Under the pieces are notes generated by a model. It did not search any database, was not told the origin of the DNA, and saw nothing but the letters and a program-made list of their open reading frames with translations. This document shows, one piece after another, positions 44,222 through 53,722 of a DNA stretch of 64,000 bases (position 1 is the stretch's first letter; every line of letters starts with the position of its first letter). The stretch is from IMG/VR virus record IMGVR_UViG_3300047499_000113, positions 62,001 to 126,000 of that record. One strand, 5' to 3'. A program made the translations under genes and the position numbers.

Positions 44222-44923
44222 ATGATCGGGACAGAGATTCGACGTGGGTCTTTTGCCGGTAAAGAGTTCAGCTTCGTGTACTGGAGCGAGCAGACAGGAC
44301 TCGACCCGGACAGGTCCAATGACACATGGTGGGTGTTCGAGGACGAAAAAGAGGTCCGCGAACGTCACTGGCATTTCCAGCCGGGTGACGTTGTCATAGA
44401 CGTGGGTTCGAACTGCGGAGGATATACCCTGACTGCAGCCGTCCAGGGCGCGGAGGTATGGGCTTTCGAGCCCTACAAGCTCTGCTCGAATTGCCTCGCA
44501 GCCAACGTCGCCATCAACCCCGATTTCAACATTCACATCATGCGGGTCGGAGCCTCAGACAAAGAAGAGGAGATCACGGGAATCGATGTATTCGGTCCTC
44601 GACTTGCCGGTTCGAATTCTTTCCCTGGGTATCACGAGCCGCTCAAGCTAGTCCCGCTCGACAGCGTCTTGGGGAATCTGGACAAGGTCGACATGATCAA
44701 GGTCGACATCGAGGGGCACGAGGCTAAGATGTTGCGAGGGGCGGCCGAGCTGATAAAGCGGTGCAAGCCCCGGATGCTCATCGAGGAGCACATCTTCCGC
44801 GACCCATCACTCAGCCAGCAATGTCAGGAGATCATCGAATCATGGAATCTCGGCTACAAAGTCGAGCGGGTTCCACGCGGAGCGGTGATCCACGCGTTCT
44901 GGACTACCGCGGGCCCCTTGTGA
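44222..44923 (+). CDS. FkbM-family methyltransferase
   Basis: VIDVGSNCGGYT, VWAFEP, MIKVDIEGHEAKMLRGA. Confidence 0.9.
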   Translation: MIGTEIRRGSFAGKEFSFVYWSEQTGLDPDRSNDTWWVFEDEKEVRERHWHFQPGDVVIDVGSNCGGYTLTAAVQGAEVWAFEPYKLCSNCLAANVAINPDFNIHIMRVGASDKEEEITGIDVFGPRLAGSNSFPGYHEPLKLVPLDSVLGNLDKVDMIKVDIEGHEAKMLRGAAELIKRCKPRMLIEEHIFRDPSLSQQCQEIIESWNLGYKVERVPRGAVIHAFWTTAGPL

Positions 44924-45062
44924 TCGGATTACCGCATTCCTCACAGCATCCTTCGAGACCGTCGTCGTCTTCGTCGTCTTGAGACACGATCTCGACCAGA
45001 ACCGGATTGCATCGATCCGCTGACGGTCCGTCGATCGGTCGCAGGCATACTGTCTTGTTCAT
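44904..45062 (-). CDS. Small Cys-rich acidic protein (52 aa, below the ORF-track cutoff)
   Basis: ATGA-coupled to the GT stop: MNKTVCLRPIDGPSADRCNPVLVEIVSQDDEDDDGLEGCCEECGNPITRGPR. Confidence 0.45.
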   Translation of the reverse strand: MNKTVCLRPIDGPSADRCNPVLVEIVSQDDEDDDGLEGCCEECGNPITRGPR

Positions 45063-46192
45063 TGGCTAGCCTTCTTGGCTTTGACGTCCTGAATGATGCG
45101 CTCGAGTTCGACGCAGAGAACTCGATAGTCGTACTTCTTGGCGCGTTCACGGCCAAGATCCCACCACTTCTTGTGCTCTTGCTCGTCCTTCAAGAGCTTG
45201 ATGACCAAGTCGGCCCACTCGTGACCGTGATGGCTCGCCGGCGCATTGACCATCGGGCATGCACCCTCATAGATTTCTGGAAGCGCATCCGCTCGAGAGA
45301 TGACCGGCACTGCGCCTGAAGCGCAGCCCTCGATGATGGCTACTCCATACCCTTCCGTGTATTGGAAGGGATCGCACGGATAGGCCAGAACCATTGCCTC
45401 GCTGTACTCGAGCGCGAGCTGGTCCCGGGAAATGGATCCGATGTGAATGACACCCGGCAAGTCGAGCCTGTCGCGCACGAACATTGCTCGACGACCGTGC
45501 TCACGCAGATTGGCCTGAGGCGCACTAATCAGCCCGGGGATGCTCTCGAACCAATGGGCCATCGAGTGATAAAACACTCGAAGCTCGGCATGGGGAACAG
45601 CCTCGCGAATGCGTGGCCACTGGTCAAGGACCAGGTGGAGTCCGCGATCGGGCGACGATGTGTAAATGCAACGACCCGGCACCTTCGGAGCCATATCGTA
45701 GACGGTGGGGTCGCACCCGTTGTACATGGTGTACCACGGGATGTGGGCCGGCGGGCCCATCGTCTTCAATCGCTCACCGAGCGACGTCGAAGCCGGGCCG
45801 AACGCATCCACCCAAGCATACTCGTGCCCTTTGACATACGAAAAGTCGTTGAACTGCATGTCACAGATTCGTACGACTTTCGGGCTGACAATACCGAGCG
45901 CCGCGGGCTCGTTCCAAGTCAACGCAGCATCCCAGGTCTCGTCGATGCATCCGCGCTCAGGATATGGGCGGACTTTGACCTGGCCCCACATCATCGTTTG
46001 GGGATTTTCCGCACAGAAGACAGTCACGTCATGGCCTCGAGCAGCCATGAATTTCGCGTACGACAGGAACGAGCCATCCGTGCCCGTCAGGCCGCGGGGG
46101 TCCTGATTGATACGCGTGAAGTCGAAGGGCCGAGGACCCTGAGGCGACGTTGTGCCTGCGCTGATGGGGCCGAAAAGGAACCCGAGTTTCAT
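45059..46192 (-). CDS. GT-B (GT4-like) glycosyltransferase
   Basis: MYNGCD, YTSSPDRGL, EX7E motif EGYGVAIIE, SGAVPV. Confidence 0.9.
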   Translation of the reverse strand: MKLGFLFGPISAGTTSPQGPRPFDFTRINQDPRGLTGTDGSFLSYAKFMAARGHDVTVFCAENPQTMMWGQVKVRPYPERGCIDETWDAALTWNEPAALGIVSPKVVRICDMQFNDFSYVKGHEYAWVDAFGPASTSLGERLKTMGPPAHIPWYTMYNGCDPTVYDMAPKVPGRCIYTSSPDRGLHLVLDQWPRIREAVPHAELRVFYHSMAHWFESIPGLISAPQANLREHGRRAMFVRDRLDLPGVIHIGSISRDQLALEYSEAMVLAYPCDPFQYTEGYGVAIIEGCASGAVPVISRADALPEIYEGACPMVNAPASHHGHEWADLVIKLLKDEQEHKKWWDLGRERAKKYDYRVLCVELERIIQDVKAKKASQ

Positions 46193-48459
46193 GTGAGCCC
46201 CATGAGCAAGCGGACCTGCTTCGAGATCTCTGCCCAGTTGTGGGTCTTGCCCATCTCTCGCCCCCTGGCCTGAGCCACTTTGTAGACTTCGTTATCAGTC
46301 AAGAACCTGAGCAGGTTGTCGAAGTAGTGGTCCTTATTCTTCGCGTACGGTGCCGGAGTCGTCGGCACGAAGTTCCCGTAGATCTCGCCCAGCGCATCCG
46401 AACCACAGATTACCGGGAGGCATCCGGACACGGCGCCTTCGAGAGTTGTGCAAGAGAACCCTTCGGTAAACCGCACCGGGTCGCATGTGTAAGCGAGGAT
46501 TCGTGATTCGGACAGAACCTTCACCATTTGGCAGCGAGACACGCTCTTGTGATGGAAGAGCCCACGGCCCTGGAGCTGGCTGACCGCCATGTTGATGTAT
46601 TTGTACCTGTTGGCCAGTTCCTTCTCACCCAGCTGTTCGTAGATCTGAACGGCGTTGTCCTGGATGTGATAATAGACGTGGCATTCCACGTCGGGGACAC
46701 GCTTCTTCAGGCGCGGGAAAAGTTCCAGGAGCCAGTGAAGACCACGATCAGGACTTGAGGCATACACCAGCTTGTGGTTATTCCTCGGGAACTCGTAGTA
46801 AACTGATGGGTCGCATCCATTGGGTAGAATCCGCCAGTCCTTGAACTGGCTGAACTGCGACAGATGCTTCTGGTGCGCGTGCGACAGGGCGGTCACGATG
46901 TCCGTATACTGCTCCCATCCATGGCAGTATCCGAAATCGTTGACTTGCTGATTGAAAATACGCAGCGGCCCCTTATTCATATGTTGGAAGCCACCGGGGT
47001 GAATGGTCGCGAAGGCCGCGTACCAATCCTGTTTCGCTTCCTGCTGCCAGCGGTCCCACCTGGCGAACTGAATGCCATGAGCCGAGAAGTTCTGGCTGAA
47101 GTTCGAGTACATGGTCACATCGTGACCCTGTCTCCCCATTTCAATGGCCTGCATCAAGTTCGTGATCTCGGAACCTGTCAGTCCCCGAGGGTCTGTGAAC
47201 AGGACTTCTGGATTGATTGGTCGAACCGCCGCCCACGGGTCGAGCAAGAAAGCGATCTTCTTGCGTGACGATGACGTGGGAGCTGGCTTTGGGTCCGGTG
47301 CATCGCTCGGCTGGTAGCCAGGGACATCATTCGAGGGCTGGGGCGGGGGCTCGGGCGGTGGCGTAGTCGTGACAATCGGGACGAATCCGGTGTTCTGGCA
47401 GATGATGTCGCTCAGGACCTTTCCGGCTTTTTCGTACGTATATTGCTTGGCCAGTTCTCGGCCGAGCGCCGAGTAATGCTTGGACACATCACTGTCTTGC
47501 AGGACTTTCACTACCGCATCGGTAAACGGAGCCAGGCTCTTCTCAGCCGGACCGGGGACCATGTAGACATGGTCCTTGTAGATGGATTCCAGTGCATCCT
47601 GCGGGGTCAGGACGACGGGAATACCGATCTTGCAGCATTCCATGATGCTGACGGAAAATGTCTCGCACGGGGAAACGACCGAGCAGGGAAAGGCGAATAC
47701 ACTGGCTGCCGACAGCTCCTTCAGAACCTCGGTGCGAGGAAGGTTGGCCATCAGGGTGACGCCACCAGCCTTCTGAGCAAGTTCCAGGTTCTGCTTGAGA
47801 GCGCGGACTCGCCTGCTGATCTCGGAGTTCTCGATGCCGCGACGGTCCACGTGTGCGTAGAGCTTATCGAGGTCGCTGATCACGTGGAGAGTGGCGTGCG
47901 GGACTCGAGCCTTGATTTCTGGCCACATCTGCGCAAGAAGATGCAGGCCGCGCCCTGCTGACGTGTGATAGACGACGCGCCCAGAGACTGGGTTCCAATC
48001 CGGGACAGCCTCTACCGCGTTCGGAAGGACACGCCAATCCGCCCATGGAGCCCAGAATGCCTTCAGAGTCTCCAATGCTGCCTGGCTCGGCGCGGTATTG
48101 ACATCCGTGTGTTCGAATGCAGCCAGACCCTCAATGAGGTAGCTGTGGTGAGATGCAATCCGGAGACAGCCCCACCTGCCGCGAAGAGGCCGGGCGTCAT
48201 ACTGCGCCCACATGACGTTCGGGTGCCCATGCTTGTCTAGTTGATCAAGCGGAAAGTATTGGACGTTGTTGATCGAAGCGGGTGTCCGAAAGAGCGAAAA
48301 CGCCCGAACCTGGTGCCCGTACTTCGGCAGCTCTTTGACCAAATTGAGGAACGCAGCGCGACACCCACCACCCACGCTGTCAGACAGCGGGTTCAGCACG
48401 TCCATCGTGTATCCGCTGGCAGCGTCGGGTGACAGAATTGCGTGAACGATGGAGCCCAT
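46189..48459 (-). CDS. Tandem double GT-B (GT4-like) glycosyltransferase
   Basis: TGATG-coupled ATG 48459; two domains with SAGRGL/ETFSVSIME and SSPDRGL/EGFSCTTLE, joined by a Pro-rich linker. Confidence 0.9.
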   Translation of the reverse strand: MGSIVHAILSPDAASGYTMDVLNPLSDSVGGGCRAAFLNLVKELPKYGHQVRAFSLFRTPASINNVQYFPLDQLDKHGHPNVMWAQYDARPLRGRWGCLRIASHHSYLIEGLAAFEHTDVNTAPSQAALETLKAFWAPWADWRVLPNAVEAVPDWNPVSGRVVYHTSAGRGLHLLAQMWPEIKARVPHATLHVISDLDKLYAHVDRRGIENSEISRRVRALKQNLELAQKAGGVTLMANLPRTEVLKELSAASVFAFPCSVVSPCETFSVSIMECCKIGIPVVLTPQDALESIYKDHVYMVPGPAEKSLAPFTDAVVKVLQDSDVSKHYSALGRELAKQYTYEKAGKVLSDIICQNTGFVPIVTTTPPPEPPPQPSNDVPGYQPSDAPDPKPAPTSSSRKKIAFLLDPWAAVRPINPEVLFTDPRGLTGSEITNLMQAIEMGRQGHDVTMYSNFSQNFSAHGIQFARWDRWQQEAKQDWYAAFATIHPGGFQHMNKGPLRIFNQQVNDFGYCHGWEQYTDIVTALSHAHQKHLSQFSQFKDWRILPNGCDPSVYYEFPRNNHKLVYASSPDRGLHWLLELFPRLKKRVPDVECHVYYHIQDNAVQIYEQLGEKELANRYKYINMAVSQLQGRGLFHHKSVSRCQMVKVLSESRILAYTCDPVRFTEGFSCTTLEGAVSGCLPVICGSDALGEIYGNFVPTTPAPYAKNKDHYFDNLLRFLTDNEVYKVAQARGREMGKTHNWAEISKQVRLLMGLT

Positions 48460-49427
48460 CAGATTCCCCTCTTGAGATACCAGGCAATCGTCTTGGCGAT
48501 GCCCTGATCGTACGGCACTTTCGGTTCCCAGCCCAAGAATTTCTTGGCGAGCGCGATGTCCGGGCAACGCTGCTTCGGATCATCCGTGGGCAATGGCTTC
48601 ATGACGATGTCGCCCTCTCCGCCGAAAGCGGAGATGACATCCATGGCCACACTCTTGATGGTACGCTCGTCGGGGTTGCCGATGTTGACCACCGGGATGC
48701 GCTGATGGAGTGTGTCCACATCGACGTTCTTGATGGCTCGGAAGTTGACCTCCATGAGCTTCACGAGTGCATCGACGGTATCCGAGACGTAGCAGAAGCT
48801 CCTGGTCTGGCTTCCGTCGCCGTAGACCGTCAGCGGCTCTTTCTGCATGGCCTGCAGGATGAAGTTCGGAATGAGCCGGCCGTCACGGAAAGCCATCCGT
48901 GGACCGTAGGTGTTGAAGAGTCGCGCGATGCGAACGTCGGTGCCGTACTGGTTGGCCCAGGCGACCGCGAGACTCTCGCCGATGCGCTTGCCCTCGTCAT
49001 AGCAGGCACGCGGCCCGAGCGGATTGACGTGACCCCAGTAGCTCTCCTTCTGCGGATGCACCTCGGGGTCGCCGTAGACTTCGGAAGTCGACGTGATGAG
49101 GAGACGTGCCCGGGTGTTGCGCGCGCACTCGAGCGCGTTGCGCGTGCCCATCATCGCAGTCTCGATGGTCCGCACCGGGTTGCGTTGGTAGTGCACCGGG
49201 CTCGCAGGGCAGGCCAGATGGTAAATCTGGTCACACTCGATGTGCCACGGGTCGCAGACGTCGTGCCGGTAGAACTCGAAGTCCCGATGGTCGAACAGGT
49301 GAGCGATGTTCTCCCGGTGAGAGGTGAACATATTGTCGATGCAGACGACCTCGTGTTTCTGCGCGAGCAGAAATTCGCAGAGGTGACTTCCGATGAAACC
49401 CGCGCCTCCTGTGACAATTATGCGCAT
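48459..49427 (-). CDS. uxs: UDP-glucuronate decarboxylase (UDP-xylose synthase)
   Basis: TGGAGFIGSHL, YHLACPASPVHYQRNP, TSTSEVYGDP, YDEGKR, RLFNTYGPRM, GSQTRSFCYVSD, DDPKQRCPDI. Confidence 0.93.
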   Translation of the reverse strand: MRIIVTGGAGFIGSHLCEFLLAQKHEVVCIDNMFTSHRENIAHLFDHRDFEFYRHDVCDPWHIECDQIYHLACPASPVHYQRNPVRTIETAMMGTRNALECARNTRARLLITSTSEVYGDPEVHPQKESYWGHVNPLGPRACYDEGKRIGESLAVAWANQYGTDVRIARLFNTYGPRMAFRDGRLIPNFILQAMQKEPLTVYGDGSQTRSFCYVSDTVDALVKLMEVNFRAIKNVDVDTLHQRIPVVNIGNPDERTIKSVAMDVISAFGGEGDIVMKPLPTDDPKQRCPDIALAKKFLGWEPKVPYDQGIAKTIAWYLKRGI

Positions 49428-49912
49428 ATGAACTTCTCCAGATACCTAATAGCGGCTTTGAGAAGCTGGATGTTATCCAGAAAGCGCGCAAGTCCATTAT
49501 TGCATCTATCGCAGAGGAGACCTCGAATGATCTGAGTCAGATGATCATGATCCACGCTTAGACGCTTGAATTTCGTGCACTTTCGTTCGCAGATTGCACA
49601 TACACCATTCTGAGCTGCGAGCATCTGCTCATATTCTTCAACAGTGAGATTTCGACGCTGAAGGCTCCGAACTAACGGATAGTTAGGATGCTTCTCCTTC
49701 CAACGGAGATCTGCTTGTTTTTTATCCTCTGGGTCTCGAGCTGCTCTCCTAGCCTTCACTCTCTCAGGATGTCGTTTCTGATAATTCTCGACATTCACAC
49801 GTTGTTTGTCGAGATGGAACCCGCACTTCCAGGGAGTGAGACCTTTGGCTTTGCGATCGCGACAATCTTCGCATGGAGCATTTGTTGGTCTTGTAATTTC
49901 GAAAACGCTCAT
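49418..49912 (-). CDS. Endonuclease VII-family homing endonuclease
   Basis: ATGA-coupled ATG 49912; QNGVCAICE...LSVDHDH...IRGLLCDRCNNGL; low GC. Confidence 0.9.
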   Translation of the reverse strand: MSVFEITRPTNAPCEDCRDRKAKGLTPWKCGFHLDKQRVNVENYQKRHPERVKARRAARDPEDKKQADLRWKEKHPNYPLVRSLQRRNLTVEEYEQMLAAQNGVCAICERKCTKFKRLSVDHDHLTQIIRGLLCDRCNNGLARFLDNIQLLKAAIRYLEKFICA

Positions 49913-52347
49913 TGTGCAGCCGCCTGGTATTCGGGGAGTTCCAGATCTGAGTCCACGCCTTGGAGAAGCATTTCTTCCCAATCTTTGGCGAGGTCATCCC
50001 AGCCAAAGTGCTCGGTGGCGTAAAGCTGTAGCTCGAGCCTATCCGCGTCGCCATCCTTCAGCAGAGCCGCCACAGTCGCATCGAGGAACCGGTTTTGGAA
50101 GTCAGCGTTCTTCCAATCGCCATGGACCATGGTGCCGCGATCGCCGACCGTCTCGTTGAGTGCGGCGAGTGGAGTAGTCACCATGCGGAGACCGGCGGCC
50201 TGCGCCTCCATGGCTGTGATGCACGAGGTTTCGGAGAACCAAGTCGGGTAGGCCCAGACTCCGCTCTTGAGCATCTCGCGCGCAAGCTCTTCTTGCGACA
50301 CGCGACCGTGGTAGAAAACGCCCTGATTCTTGAATTTTTCGATTGAATTCTTTAGGCTGATGATGGTCAGGCGCTGCGCATTATCGGCGCAGGCTTCCCA
50401 AGTCTGGAAACCGTAGTAGATGTGCAGCTCAGCGTCGGGCACACGCTCACGCAGTCGCGGCCAGATGTCGAAGAGCGCGTCGAGCCCGCGATCTGGACTC
50501 GAGGAATAGACGATTCGATGCGGACTGCGCTCGTGCTTCTGATCGAAGCGCGACAAATCGATGCCGTTTCTCGTCTTCTGCACCTTCTGCGGAGGCAGCC
50601 AGTTGTACCTCGACAACAGATTCTGGCGGTGCCAGTCAGAGAGCGCGAGGATACGGTCGATCTTGCCAGCGCGCTCTTGGTTCAGAGAGTCGCCGCAGTG
50701 GATGTCGTGCACCCAAAGAACTGAGTGCTTCCATCTGACGTTGTGGTGGGCGTCGACAGCCTCAGGGCGCCGCGACGTGATGAGTACGTCGCACGACAGG
50801 TCCTTGTACTTGTTGACGTCGAGATACTGCACTCCGTCGAACGTGTACTCGAGCGTTTTGTTGCTATTGCGCGGGCTGCAGTCGCCGAAGACGCGCACGC
50901 GGTGGCCTCGCGCCGCAAGGCGACGACCCATTTCGATGACGGCGGTCTCGGATCCTCCGATGCCATTGAGCTTGGCCGTTTCCGGGTTCCAAGCCTCGAC
51001 GCCGCGGCCGACATAGAAGACGATGTCGAGCTTTCCGTCCGGTGCTTGCGATTGTTCGACAGGCTTCGGGCCCTGAGGCGCCGGGATCTTGTTCTCCCGC
51101 TGCGTGGCTTCGAGAAAGTCGCGGACTTCCTTCGTAATCTTGCCGAGTTCGACAAGTCGATTGAGCTTCTGCTTGTATTCCTCGACCGCGTCGTACTCTT
51201 CGAAGACGCGCTTGTTGAGATTGAGCTGCTCGTCGTTCGGAAAGACTTGGAGAGCCTTCTTGATGCTCTCGACTGCACCCTTCGTGTCGCCTATCTTGCT
51301 CAGCGCCAGGTTGTAATACCTGTGGATCTCGAAGTTGCGCTCGAGCGGGTTCACGAAGAGAGTCGTTGCAGTCGGAGGCTTGTCCAGGCCCATGCGCGCG
51401 TAATGCACGCACCGCTGCCACCAGCGATGAGCGTTGTTGCCTCGCTGGGCCATGAAGTAGCAACCCTTGGCGACGGTGAAGTAGCCTTCACCCCAGTCCT
51501 CGCGAATGAGGATAGCCTTGAATCCCCACTCAATCGCTTTCTCGTATTCGGCTCGGTTCATGTAGTGGTTGGCGACGAGCTGCGCTGCCTGCCAGCGCTC
51601 GTCGTCCCAACCGGACTTGTCCATGTACAGAGCCAGCCACTTGATGGCCTCGTCGATGAGGCCGTTGTTGCCGCACTCCATCCCGAGGTAGTAGAGGTGC
51701 CGAGCGTCCTTGTCTCCACAAACCTCGTACTGCTTGCGGAGAATGCGCAGATTCCGGCCCGGCTCCATCTTCTTGTGGGCCGCGTTCCGGTGGTGGACGA
51801 TCTTCACCCGGTTGGTGTGCTGGCGGACGTCTGCGCCGAGCGGGCAAAGGACTTCGTGCACCCACCCGCGCCACTCGAAATGCTGCCGCGGGGTCACGAG
51901 CCTCTCGCGCTCGTGGACCATGTTCACGTTTCCCGCGTGGTCCCGGCTGTACTCGTACGGCATCATGACCAGCGACGGCTGGCCGTTGCGCGCCCGGTCA
52001 TATTCCTCGACGAGACTCCCTAGATTCTCGGCGCCGACCACCTCGTCGTCGCCGTCTATCCACATCACCCAAGGCTGCTTGGCGTGGCTGAAAGCACGGT
52101 TCCGGGCCTGATCGAAACGTAGAATCAGACCATTCGGATTCTCGGGCGTCCTCGTTGCCGGGGCATTGCACTCCGTATACGTCTCGACAAAATCCGCGTA
52201 CTTGCGCGCGATTTCGACCGAGTTGTCTTCGGAGCCCGTGTCGACGACGATCAGCTCGGCGACGTGCGGGCGGATTGACTTGAGGCAGTTCTCGAGTTGG
52301 CCGTGCTCATCGCGAACGATGAGGCACACGGAGATGGGAGCCACCAT
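49909..52347 (-). CDS. GT2 (GT-A) + TPR + GT-B multidomain glycosyltransferase
   Basis: ISVCLIVRDE, VVDTGSEDNS, ARNRAF, WIDGDD, WRGWVHE (SunS/SgtA-like GT2); helical TPR-like repeats; C-terminal GIGGSE, SSSPDRGL, ETSCITAME. Start taken as ATG 52347. Confidence 0.92.
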   Translation of the reverse strand: MVAPISVCLIVRDEHGQLENCLKSIRPHVAELIVVDTGSEDNSVEIARKYADFVETYTECNAPATRTPENPNGLILRFDQARNRAFSHAKQPWVMWIDGDDEVVGAENLGSLVEEYDRARNGQPSLVMMPYEYSRDHAGNVNMVHERERLVTPRQHFEWRGWVHEVLCPLGADVRQHTNRVKIVHHRNAAHKKMEPGRNLRILRKQYEVCGDKDARHLYYLGMECGNNGLIDEAIKWLALYMDKSGWDDERWQAAQLVANHYMNRAEYEKAIEWGFKAILIREDWGEGYFTVAKGCYFMAQRGNNAHRWWQRCVHYARMGLDKPPTATTLFVNPLERNFEIHRYYNLALSKIGDTKGAVESIKKALQVFPNDEQLNLNKRVFEEYDAVEEYKQKLNRLVELGKITKEVRDFLEATQRENKIPAPQGPKPVEQSQAPDGKLDIVFYVGRGVEAWNPETAKLNGIGGSETAVIEMGRRLAARGHRVRVFGDCSPRNSNKTLEYTFDGVQYLDVNKYKDLSCDVLITSRRPEAVDAHHNVRWKHSVLWVHDIHCGDSLNQERAGKIDRILALSDWHRQNLLSRYNWLPPQKVQKTRNGIDLSRFDQKHERSPHRIVYSSSPDRGLDALFDIWPRLRERVPDAELHIYYGFQTWEACADNAQRLTIISLKNSIEKFKNQGVFYHGRVSQEELAREMLKSGVWAYPTWFSETSCITAMEAQAAGLRMVTTPLAALNETVGDRGTMVHGDWKNADFQNRFLDATVAALLKDGDADRLELQLYATEHFGWDDLAKDWEEMLLQGVDSDLELPEYQAAAQ

Positions 52348-52410
52348 GCGGTCTTGGTCTCTGTATGCGTGTGGACCGGCGAACCTGCCGGTCAATCACA
52401 CGTTACCGAG

Positions 52411-52737
52411 TTAGACTAGCGTGGCGAAAAACTCCATGTCCGAAATCGCCCGGTTGATGGTCATGATGGGAGCAGATTGGTCGAAGACCTTCAGTTGCGC
52501 CTTGTGAGGCGAATGGCTGTTGTGGGCTTCGACCCATTTCTGCATACCATCCATGGTCCCGTGCGTGAAGACGTGCACGCGATTCTGCTGATCCGGGATT
52601 CGGCACCAAGCGACGACGACCTGCTCAGACGAATGGGTAAGTTCCGAGACGGTCTGTTTCTCACCCTTCTCGTCCGTCTTGTCGACGTCGTTGAAGAGAT
52701 GGAACTTTCCGCCTTCTTGCTTGTAGAACGAACCCAT
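52411..52737 (-). CDS. Hypothetical protein
   Basis: 108-aa ORF co-oriented in the operon. Confidence 0.65.
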   Translation of the reverse strand: MGSFYKQEGGKFHLFNDVDKTDEKGEKQTVSELTHSSEQVVVAWCRIPDQQNRVHVFTHGTMDGMQKWVEAHNSHSPHKAQLKVFDQSAPIMTINRAISDMEFFATLV

Positions 52738-52749
52738 TCGCCACCCTAC

Positions 52750-53673
52750 TCAGGTCATCTGGGAATACGAGGCGTACGCGTCGATGCACTGGCCGCGGAA
52801 GCTCATGTTGGTCCACGGCGTGGTTTGCGACGTGTACGCGTTGGAGATTGCCGTGTGAGCGGTCTCCATCGTCGCGAGAGCGCCTGGAGCTCCAGTCCAG
52901 TAGGACTCGTTACCAAGGCCCGAATCAGTCTCTGATCCGCAGAACAGGCCAAAATCACGCGCCGAGGCCGTCACGCTCGCGTAGTTGTACCAGAACGCGA
53001 ACTCATTGATCTGCGTTGTCGAGTTGTTGGAGTAACACCCGACCGCAACGAAGTCCGCGTTATCAATGAGGTTCAGACCCTCGAGCTGGCTCGCCTTGCC
53101 GTTGTAGGAGAAAGAGAGCGCTGCAGAGGACGGATCTGCGAGCCACTCGGTGGCGAAACATCCGACCGGGATGTGAAGCACGCGACGAGCAGCCTGCATC
53201 AGGTCACACAGACCGATCGGGTCCGCAGTCGTGTACCCGGTGACCGAGTAGTATTCGACGTCGAAAATGAGCCCGTCGAAGCCACCAGCCTCGTTCGTGA
53301 TGGAGCCGGTCTGCGCAATGGCGTTGAACTGCGCGATGTTCTTGATGATGTTGGAAGCCACCCAGCCCTGCTGCTGACCCCACGTGGTGTCGCCGGCGAG
53401 GGCGTAGACGCGGATACCGGAAGCGTGGCACCAGTGAATGAACTTCGCCATTTGCTGCTGGTTGGCCACACTCCAGTTCGAGCCACCGATATACTCCCAC
53501 ATGTCGAGGAAGATGAGGTTGACCCCCTTCGACGAGCACCAGTTCAACACGCTCTGGATGTTGGCGTCGCTCCCGATGACGCCCGAGCTACCTGTAGCAG
53601 GAACCCACAGAAACATGGCTCGGTCCATGTTCGAATTCGGAGGTGTCGGGACTGTAACGGCGGTGATCGTCAT
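52750..53673 (-). CDS. Glycoside hydrolase-like TIM-barrel protein
   Basis: AGGAG RBS before ATG 53673; GVNLIFL...FIHWCHASGIRVYALAG...GFDGLIFDVEYY resembles GH18-like DGxxxDxE. Confidence 0.5.
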   Translation of the reverse strand: MTITAVTVPTPPNSNMDRAMFLWVPATGSSGVIGSDANIQSVLNWCSSKGVNLIFLDMWEYIGGSNWSVANQQQMAKFIHWCHASGIRVYALAGDTTWGQQQGWVASNIIKNIAQFNAIAQTGSITNEAGGFDGLIFDVEYYSVTGYTTADPIGLCDLMQAARRVLHIPVGCFATEWLADPSSAALSFSYNGKASQLEGLNLIDNADFVAVGCYSNNSTTQINEFAFWYNYASVTASARDFGLFCGSETDSGLGNESYWTGAPGALATMETAHTAISNAYTSQTTPWTNMSFRGQCIDAYASYSQMT

Positions 53674-53722
53674 ATGTTTCGTCTCCTGAATCATCTAGCA
53701 ATGATGGAAGATGATAGACGAT

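Noticed and set aside
41142-52347. DNA hypermodification (glycosylated bases) as the role of the GT cluster
   Set aside because: No hydroxymethylase, thymidylate-synthase-like or 2OG-Fe(II) base-modifying gene is in the window; the GT2-TPR architecture and structural-operon position favour protein targets. Kept only as an alternative.
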